The translations under genes were made by a program, and so were the position numbers. The notes beneath the pieces are model-generated. The model was not told where the DNA came from, ran no database searches, and saw only the letters and a program-made list of their open reading frames with translations. A stretch of DNA of 57,339 bases, counting the filler, from Sphacelaria rigidula (lineage: Eukaryota): the NCBI GenBank assembly GCA_964200075.2. It is 7 parts of 7 records of this genome, joined end to end, with 100 filler letters (N's around TTAATTAATTAA, not from the genome) between each part and the next. Parts side by side here need not be neighbours in the genome. Positions count along the whole stretch, not along the records: positions 49,236 to 57,339 come from CAXNAA020012281.1; 6 more parts are not named here. One strand, given 5' to 3'. Positions within the stretch are counted from its first letter, which is position 1, and every line of letters begins with the position of its first letter. Positions 49,136 through 57,339 of this stretch are shown piece by piece.

Positions 49136-49237
49136 NNNNNNNNNNNNNNNNNNNNNNNNNNNNNNNNNNNNNNNNNNNNTTAATTAATTAANNNNNNNNN
49201 NNNNNNNNNNNNNNNNNNNNNNNNNNNNNNNNNNNGA

Positions 49238-49470
49238 TGTGTTACAGTAGGTTGAATAAAAAGGAGGGTTAGCTTCTCTATTTCATGTCCATGTCCGGGC
49301 TGTGTTATGGTAGGTTAAATAAATAGGAAGGTTAGCTTCTCTATTCCATGTCTGTATCCGGGCTGTGTTATGGTAGGTTAAATAAAAAGGAGGGTTAGCT
49401 TCTCTATTTCATGTCGATGTCCGGGCTGTGTTATATGATTAAACAAGAAGGAGGTTAGCTTTTCTATTTC
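49238..49470. repeat. 63-bp minisatellite, about 3.7 copies
   Basis: TGTGTTA anchors at 49238, 49301, 49364 and 49427. Confidence 0.9.
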
Positions 49471-49685
49471 GTGACAGTCTGTACATTTGTCTAGGTTGTG
49501 GTGGCTTGTTTTACAGCGCCGTTGCCACTCCACACCAACCCAGGAGCTGCTTGGGGGGGGGGGGGGGGGAGGGGGGGGGGGGTCCGGGGATTTTTTTTTC
49601 CCCCCCCCCTTGCGTGGGCTAGGAAGNNNNNNNNNNTTTGGGTGGGTGGGGTTTTTTTGGGCGCCGCGGGGCCCCCCCCAACCAC

Positions 49686-49716
<31 letters not shown>

Positions 49717-51019
49717 AAGGTAGTGTGGGTCCAGGGATATTTTTTTCACCCCGCCCTTGCTGTGGCTACGAAGGAGATGGAGGGACGGGACAGCGAATCG
49801 GATACTGCGGACGACGATTCCCATCGGGTAGATGAGACTGGGGTTGGGATCGAGGACCGGCGCTCTACCCTTCTGGTGGTGGTGTATCTTTTGTAGGGAC
49901 TAGAGTAGTGGAACTGGAGCAGGATATCCTTACCTGGTTCATCATCTATCTGCTTCGTGTAGAAGCTACGACCATGCGTGACACCTGCCTGCTCAGGCCG
50001 CTTCGTACTAGTCTGGGAAAATCCCGTCTCCCAAACGTCTTGGTGCCTTTTTCAGTTTTTTTCAAGTCATTCCTTCCAAGATCGCTCACTCCTCGTTGTC
50101 TAAAACATCCTGGGAAAGTTCGGCCTGGAGCTTTTCCCGGACAACTTCTCTCGACGAAAGCAGTTTCCGAAACCGCGTCTTGGGGGGTATCGTATCCGGG
50201 CAACAAAATCGGTTTCTTGAAATTGAGTCACTTCTTGGGCCCTTTGATAGCGGGTCGGTACGATACCACCATTGCAAGAATATTGGAAAGGAATCTGGTT
50301 GGGCAGATTGATTAGAAAGTTACAATGTGGACTTGTTCAGATAGGGTTTACGCGAAGAGGCAATCGGTTGACTCCGAGGGAAGCACGAACCTAGCAACGG
50401 TAGGAGGGCAGGCAAGGGTGTCACACGTAACCCGGCACAACCACTCATGAATTTGAGAGTCCCACTGGCCTCGGCTGAAGAAGAATGTACAGGTCAAGAT
50501 CAACCGCACGTACGTAAGCCGTGCTTGACTTTGATCGAATCTATTTGAATTCGAGTGACAAGCGATCAGTTGGTTGTGTCAGACGCGCGCCTAAATCACC
50601 AGCGCAAAGGGGTGGCGAGGGAAGGTTTTCGATTGTGGAATGACACGCACTCGACTATCCTTTCTCCAATCTTGAACGGATTTTCGTCCAAGAGTGCTGT
50701 GTGTATGTTAGCAAAGAGCTAGCGCTGGAGCTGAATACATGTGTGGCAGCAGGTATCTGTGTACATTTTTGGGGAACTCGTTTTCAAGTTATTGTGTTCC
50801 TCAATCGTGTTTTTTTGTACAAGTGAAGAGATTTTGGATCGACGACCACCACTGCAAGAAACGCCGTGTTTTCTAAGCTGTTTGCACAGCCGGCTTGGAT
50901 TTTGGTTGGAATGTATTTGTTCGATTAGACTCAATCGCGGTCGTTGTTGGTGCGAATCTGTATGCAACCCGACTCTCCAAACCGAGTTCTTTTGTCCGGT
51001 GGGGAAGACATGTCCTCAT

Positions 51020-51230
51020 TGTAATGCATGAGAGGACCGCGTGCATGGAGGACCGCGCCGTAGGTAAACATACCTCAGGATCGATATTTTTCAAAACCAA
51101 TCGGGTCAGTCCCTGCAGGTACCACGCCCCTGACCCTAACCCCAACACTGACCCTAACCCTAACCCTAACCATAGGGATGTTCAAATTCCGATGCGATCC
51201 TCTAAGCACGCGGTCCTCTCACGCATTACA
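51020..51230. mobile_element. 211-bp TGT...ACA MITE with internal (CCCTAA)n, second copy
   Basis: Same length and TIRs as 23523-23733; flanks CTCAT/CTTAT are a possible 5-bp TSD with one mismatch. Confidence 0.88.
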
Positions 51231-52419
51231 CTTATATCCCTGGACAAAGTTCGGTAGGTTTGTACACCAAGGTAAAGGCCCCCGCTCGCGTGACACTAGC
51301 CGTAGAACAGTGACCTCTGTATTGTCTATTGCGTACAGTTGTATGTTGTTCCAGGGCTTATTTCGCAGGTGAGGACCTTCAACCCTTTTGGGATTGGACC
51401 CTCGAAACGACCAAGTAGGTTTTTGGGAGGTGGTCATCGTTGGATAGCTTACGCCGCCACGCTCAATGAAGCAAGTTCCGAGGATCATGAACCTTGCGCT
51501 AGTATGCGGCATTGTGCAGTTACAGTTCAGTAAATTACTACACTAATGATAAAATACATCCAGTCACAGACACCACAGCTTGGGATGTACAAGTTCACGG
51601 ATCTGCACTGGCTGCGAGGTTGAAACACTACTCATCCACCATCAGAAAACATACACAACGATACCTGAGCACATCGAACAACCCTTAGTCGTTTTGTTTC
51701 TCGTGACAGTACTCGTATGCTAGGATGAATGAAGTAGAGCAGAGTAGTACAGCACACGTAAGTGTAGACAACAACAGCCCTGGAGGAGTCAACAACATTG
51801 TAGTGGTGTATACTGTAAAGTGACAGGGTGGTGTCGCCACGGCTAGTTGTAGGAAGAACATGGACGGCCGAATAGACAGAACGCAAGCCAGCCGGCACAG
51901 CGCGGAAAGCAAATATATTCTTGACGCTAGTAAAAGCGGAATGTACACTGAAGCCAAGGAAAGATGAAAACCATTTCTGTCAGCGCTCGAGAGGTGGAAT
52001 GCTTCGCTGCCAGCAGCCCAAGGAATTTTCCTGTCGCATTCTCGGGAAAACGATAAATGATATAATCCTTATCCCTCCTCGAGTTTCCCCCAGCGAGTGT
52101 TTTCGTTTCGTTTACCCCGAGTACGTCTACGTCGTAACCACGGCTCGATCCCTCACGACCTCGAGAAATGTGCATCAATCAACTAACGGGCGCAAAGCCT
52201 CTTTTCGGAACATCACCGGCTTATGTTTGGCGCCGGTAACCCCGATGCAGCAGCAGCAGCAGAGTAGCTCCTTTCCGTTTGCTAGCACCACTCACGACAG
52301 TATTTACAAAGCACATACCGTGTACTCCGCAGTCCTCAACCACTAACTCACGTACTCGTTTAACCGAAGCGTCCGTATTCGACATATTTACGGAGAGTGG
52401 TCCGCCGTGGGGCCACCTG

Positions 52420-52885
52420 AGGGGGTGTACTCATGATTCTGCACGCCGTAATCATAACACCACTGACATCGCCTTACATTCCTACAAAGCCGGGATGGAG
52501 CACGCCAGGCTTCGCCAGACGAGGCCAATAATCATTCCCCATGCGCGAAGCGCCGTGATAGCGCCGTGATGTGTTCGGTGGGTCGCCTGAGGAGTGAGCT
52601 GCACCCTGCTAAGACTCTTCGGCTGAAAGCATACTGATGACGATGTTGTATATGGATGACCCCTCCGAATAAGTTGCTTCATTTTCTGGTACCGCCACTT
52701 CCAGAGACAGTCACGGGCTACACACTACCTCATGGGTGTATCACTATTTAAACACTACGTAATATAATCATCCCTTTTTGCGTAGATTTGAGGTTCTCCA
52801 CCCCGCACAATATGATCGAACTCCACCTATCATACTTACCTAAAAAAATGCACGCGAGAAAAAAACGGTAGCCCGGTTGCCTACC
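52420..52885 (-). repeat. Interspersed repeat, probably a non-LTR 3' end; plus-strand copies at 55465-55916 and 57298-57339
   Basis: Shared blocks GGAGAACCTCAA, CCCATGAGG.AGTGT, TCTCTGGAAGTG, ATGAAGCAACT, CACGGCGCTTCGCGC, TCCATCCCGG and terminal GAGTACACCCCC. Confidence 0.75.
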
Positions 52886-53363
52886 ACGTTAAAGTATTCT
52901 AACTCGACGTTCACGGATGTGGACACGGCTTCCCAGTTTCAGATGCTGCAGCAATTGATAGCTCAGACAGCAGTCGAGCGTCTCTCGATGATGGCGATGA
53001 TTGAAATGCGCCATGTTTTTATTTTAAAAAAACGTGGCGGTCCCACGTCACTCTCAATCTCTGACTTACGCAAGGAGATACACTCGGCGTTCTATGCTCT
53101 ACCGAGGAGTAGACGAGGACAGCAGTAAGTTAGCTGTCATAAGGAAGTCGGCAGGAAGTGACCAAAGGGGGAGCTGCTTTGCCTGCCTAGCTCTTCCCAA
53201 TCTGTAAAATTCGCTAGGAAAAATCACCGGTGCAAATCACCCGCTATTCTCGAAGTCTCTTTTTCTCGAATAACTCTTATTCCTGGAACGCACTTCACGA
53301 ATCGTGCCTACTGATGAATCTACGTAATTGGCAGAGTGCAGGGTATATACTACGTATTCCTCA

Positions 53364-55455
53364 CCACCCCCGCCTGCTCAATAGTTCGGACATGCCACAG
53401 TACATGCTCTCTGGGCTTTGGAATCCTAAGAACCACTCATCAGAAAACGAGCATATTCCTCAGAGGTCTTCGCGTTCAATGCTATGGTGAGGATGCCCAC
53501 GTGTTGCTCTCCTGAGTTAACGTGTTTCACAAGGATGATGCCACTGTCGACGGCATCCCCAACGACGTGGGGTTCGACATCGATGTGCATTGCCCGCCGG
53601 TTGCTGAACCAGTTGTTTACCATTTTCACAGCGCCCTGATTGTCCTCGTGATGAGGGATCCCGGTGTCGGCGGACGGTGCCATGGAATATTTCAGCTGTC
53701 TGAGGAAGCGCAGCTCGTTGATTGCTTCTGCGAGTGCGATGTACTCCGACTCTCATGTAGTCGAAGCGGTGAGCTTCTGTGCCCGGGAGAACCAGCTGAT
53801 GGCGCCTCCGGCCAGCATAAACACCGCTCCTGACATGGAACGCCTGGTATCGGGGAAGGTCACGTGATCCGCGTCGACCCACGCGGAAAGCTTGGTGTAG
53901 TTTATCGACGTTCGTCCGTACATGATCCCGCAGTTTGTGGTGCGCTTCGGGTACTGCATGACCTTCATAACTGCTTTCCCATGTGCCGGTCCCGGGTTGT
54001 CGCTGAACTTGGCGACGTTGTGTGCTGCGAAGGATAGATTGGGCCTTGTCATGGTGGCAATCCACATCAGTGCTCCCACCGCCTCTCGGTAGGGGATACC
54101 CCGCATCTCGTTCACTTCTTCTTTGTTTCCTGGCCCGTCTGTCTTCGAGAGCGCAGCTGCTCCAGTGGCAACCGGGATCTTGCTCGTTTTGACGATCTTG
54201 TAGCGCTCGATCACTTTTTTCGCGTTCTGGCGTCGGGCAAGAGCCACCGTTCCAACGTTGAGGTCCCGGGAGACGTGGCACCCGAGGTAGTATGAGATTT
54301 CCCCCAGGTCCTCGATGGGGAAACCCGATTGCAGATCTGCGAGTGCCCTTTCTTCGTCCTCCTTCGTGGCGCTGACCAGGATCGTCCACGTAGACGATTT
54401 TGATGACTGCCACGCGGCCTTCTCGCTTCTTGCGATAGAAGTAGGGGTAGGCTTACGATCTCTCGAAACCCTTGCGGAGCACTGCTTGGCCGAAATTCTT
54501 CAACCACAGTAGTCCTGCGTGCACCAGGCCGTACACGACCTTGCTGAGTCGTCTCACTTGGTTCTTGGACTGACGGTATCCGTCGGGTAGCTCAATGTAC
54601 ATTTCTTCCTCGACTTCCGCCTCAAGGTAGGCCATCTCTGCATCTAGTTGGCGTCCTTCCCAGTCCTGTATCGCCATGAGCGCAAGTGCCACCCGGATGC
54701 TGGACTGCGCCGGTGTGGGAAAGGAGGACTCCTGGTAGTGAATACCGGGTATCTGGCGGAAGCCTTGGGCGACGAATCGGCACTTGTACTTCTCGATCTG
54801 CCCGTCCTTGTTGATCTTCCTCTTGAAGACGAGTCTCGTGCCAAGAAGAGTTTTGTCCTCGGGGCGGTCTACCGTTTCCCAATCCTCGCGAGAGTTGTTC
54901 CTCCATCTTGCGTTGCAAGGATTCTCCCCACTGGGTCCATTCTTGGGATGATTGTGCCTGTCCCAGTGTCGTTGGTTCCTCTGATAGCTCGCTTGGTAGT
55001 GTGTCGATGGCTGCTGTTTCTTTGGCCATAGCTTCCTCCACCTTCCTGCTCTCCGTACCCACGGTCTTAGCTTTCATCGCGGAACGGAGCAGCGCGGTTA
55101 GCCATCCTCCACGTGTGCGTCGCGGTAGGATGGCTGGAGTTTCGCCAGTGTGGTACCTTGCCAATTTGCGTACGGCTGCGGTCGTGGCCGTGGTGGTCGT
55201 TGTGCTAGGTCTTTCTTCGTCCTCTTGCTCGGAGATATCCGGCTCAAGCTCTGTCTCTCCTTCGGAGGTGCACTCGGTAATGGCCTCCAAGGTTGTCGGA
55301 GTGAACGACCGGCGTGAAGGTGCGTGCTTATACCCCCCCCCTCCCGTCAGTCTGGTCCGGCGAAAATCCGGCGTGCTCCGTCCCGGCTTTGTATTGACGG
55401 ACCCCCGATGGGGTTGGCGTCGGTTGGTGATGACGCTATAAAACACGCCACCCAC
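53364..55455 (-). mobile_element. Ty1/copia retrotransposon relic: RT and RNase H with frameshifts, PPT and the start of the 3' LTR
   Basis: RQLDAEMAYL...EEEMYIELPDGY...LSKVVYGLVHAG, IVYVDD, PYREAVGALMW, AWVDAD...RRSMSG...GAISWFSRAQ, EDNQGA...HIDV. Purine-rich GAGCAGGCGGGGGTGG is followed by TG at 53363 on the minus strand. Confidence 0.93.
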
Positions 55456-55464
55456 TGCGTAAGC

Positions 55465-55916
55465 TAGGCAACCAGGTAACCGTTTTGATTGGCGCGCTTG
55501 CGTTTTTTTTGCGGTACTGTAACCATGATATTAGTCGAGCTAGATCATGTCGTGCGACGTGGGAGAACCTCAATTCCGCACAATGGGGATGATCGTACCA
55601 CGTAGTGTTTGAATGGTGAGAACCCCATGAGGCAGTGTACAAGGCGTGGTTATCTCTGGAAGTGACAATACCAGAGAATGAAGCAACTCGTTGTAGGCTG
55701 TGATCCAAATGCAAGATAATCAGTAGGCTGCGGGCGGAACAATCTTCGCAGGATGCAGCTCACACTTCACGCGACACGCCAGATACACCACGGCGCTTCG
55801 CGCTTGGTGATTGAGTGCGAACCTTGTCCAGCAAAAACCCGGGGTGTTCCATCCCGGATTGTAGGGATAGTCAATGGTCTGGTGACTATGTCATGCATGA
55901 TCACGAGTACACCCCC
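55465..55916 (+). repeat. Interspersed repeat, homolog of 52420-52885
   Basis: Same conserved blocks; ends GAGTACACCCCCTCCCCCT. Confidence 0.75.
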
Positions 55917-57339
55917 TCCCCCTCAATAGCGCCCCATGAGGCGCACCGCATATATGTTTGTTTTTCGTAATGCGCGACTTGCAGTACCCTATAAATATTG
56001 CTCATTGCCGGCAGTCACCCACCTAACGTATTCGCTAAAAGGAAGTAAGTACAGCATAATGGTCGCATCCAGAAAATTCGCCGACGAGCAAGACTTGTTC
56101 GCTTTTTGGCCGTGAGGATGGAAGAGCCGGTGAACATTAGCTTGTGACCGTAATTGCGCCAATCAGAAAACTGCGGGTGCATTGTTATGTTACAAAGGGA
56201 AGACCCGGATTGGCAACTAGACCTCGAGACCCCTGCACAGATGGCCCAGATTGCCTTATATTGCCCGTGGCCAATATGACTTCAAAAGTATGACTGTCAA
56301 GTGACGCAGTAGGCCCATTTATATGGGCACGTGGATGTTGAGCGTTTGTTTTACAATAGAACGTAGTGTGGGAGAACCGTTGAACGGCATTGAGCCACGA
56401 GTCAAGTGAATGCACCTCTTAGGTGAGCCATTTGCGTGGGGTACATGCTATCATGCCTTACAAGTGGTCCACGCTCGCAGCCGCTACCGGTGCGATACTA
56501 GCTAACAATGTACGCTATACATATACATGATATACTTCCGTGGTCCTGGGACTGTCAGGGCAGTCCTGGCTCACCCCAAGTATGCACGATTTGATGTTGC
56601 CTGCGTCTTACATCGTTTCAACTGCACTTTAATACTGTGTGCGCTGTTGCTGCTGTGCCGTCAGTACAAATATTTTTCATCAGCGGCTAAAATACAACGG
56701 TATACAACAAGCAGCGTGTCATTGATGTTCACTGCAGTGTACTGCGCACTGTTTGTATCTCTGCTTAGGGTTCCACAATAACAGTACGGTGTAATGACGG
56801 TACTATAGGGACCAGGTAGGGGGCAAAAATTGCGCACAGAGCAAAAGGTACCTCCTTTGTTGTGCGTCCGATGGTTGACTGATTGTTGCCCAAATGTTCG
56901 AAACCATCTTGACCGCCAAGCGGGCAATATGGGCCAACTGGTAGGGGGAATGATAACCATCCCGACCAAAGCTATCGAAATGATGACTCCACCACTGTCA
57001 GGCCTGTCGCCCGACCTAACATTTTCATGGCAACACGCATGGTTGACCTGGAAAGGTGTCTCCTACAATCTGCCCCCCCGCCCCCCCATACACACACATG
57101 AAGCACCCACCCCTCGCTGGGAACCCCCTGGATACTCCTGGAATGTCGACCGAAGGAATTATTCCTTGATGAAACTAGCGGTCTAAGGATTAATTTACTC
57201 CGTCCAAAGTGATGGAGTTGTGGCGGATAGTTTTGCTGTGAAGTTTCGACATATGTCAGACCAACCATAAGTAATTTCCCCCCCTAAATCGTTGAACGCC
57301 CATGAGGCAGTGTATAAGCTGTGGATGTCTCTGGAAGTG

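Noticed and set aside
49238-49470. Regular repeats considered as a CRISPR-like array (also 46383-46570)
   Set aside because: Whole units repeat with no unique spacers, the context is eukaryotic, and there are no cas genes.
52420-55916. Inverted repeat pair flanking the copia relic, as TIRs of one large composite element
   Set aside because: The copies are clearly diverged, a third partial copy lies at 57298, and no TSD is visible. Independent insertions are the simpler explanation.

Overview
Eukaryotic, intron-rich and repeat-rich DNA, probably from a brown alga or related stramenopile (inferred from gene structure and repeat types, not proven). The window is not one locus. It is seven unlinked contigs of 8107, 8107, 8106, 8105, 8105, 8105 and 8104 bp, sorted by size and joined by 100-bp N/TTAATTAATTAA linkers. 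Host genes reconstructed by phase-consistent GT-AG splicing: (1) a partial MUS81-like gene (777-7092, +) with an RGG tract, a winged-helix domain, a ~500-aa low-complexity linker and the start of the ERCC4 domain; (2) four internal exons of a VTC2/GDPGP1-family GDP-hexose phosphorylase with the plant-type HLHFQ motif (25545-32218, +); (3) one PB1-domain exon (34486-34653, +). The rest is mostly transposon-derived: two related Ty3/gypsy copies whose integrase ends in a chromodomain followed by a Tudor-like domain, other gypsy and copia relics, LINE fragments, tRNA-derived SINEs, and several MITE families (hAT-like, Sola-like, Tc1/mariner, and a TGT...ACA element carrying telomere-type repeats). 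The most interesting signals are the chromo+Tudor-like integrase, an array of covarying stem-loops in the long 3' non-coding region of that gypsy, the HLHFQ-type phosphorylase, and non-LTR 3' ends stacked in poly(C) tracts. All homology calls come from motif recognition; no searches were run.
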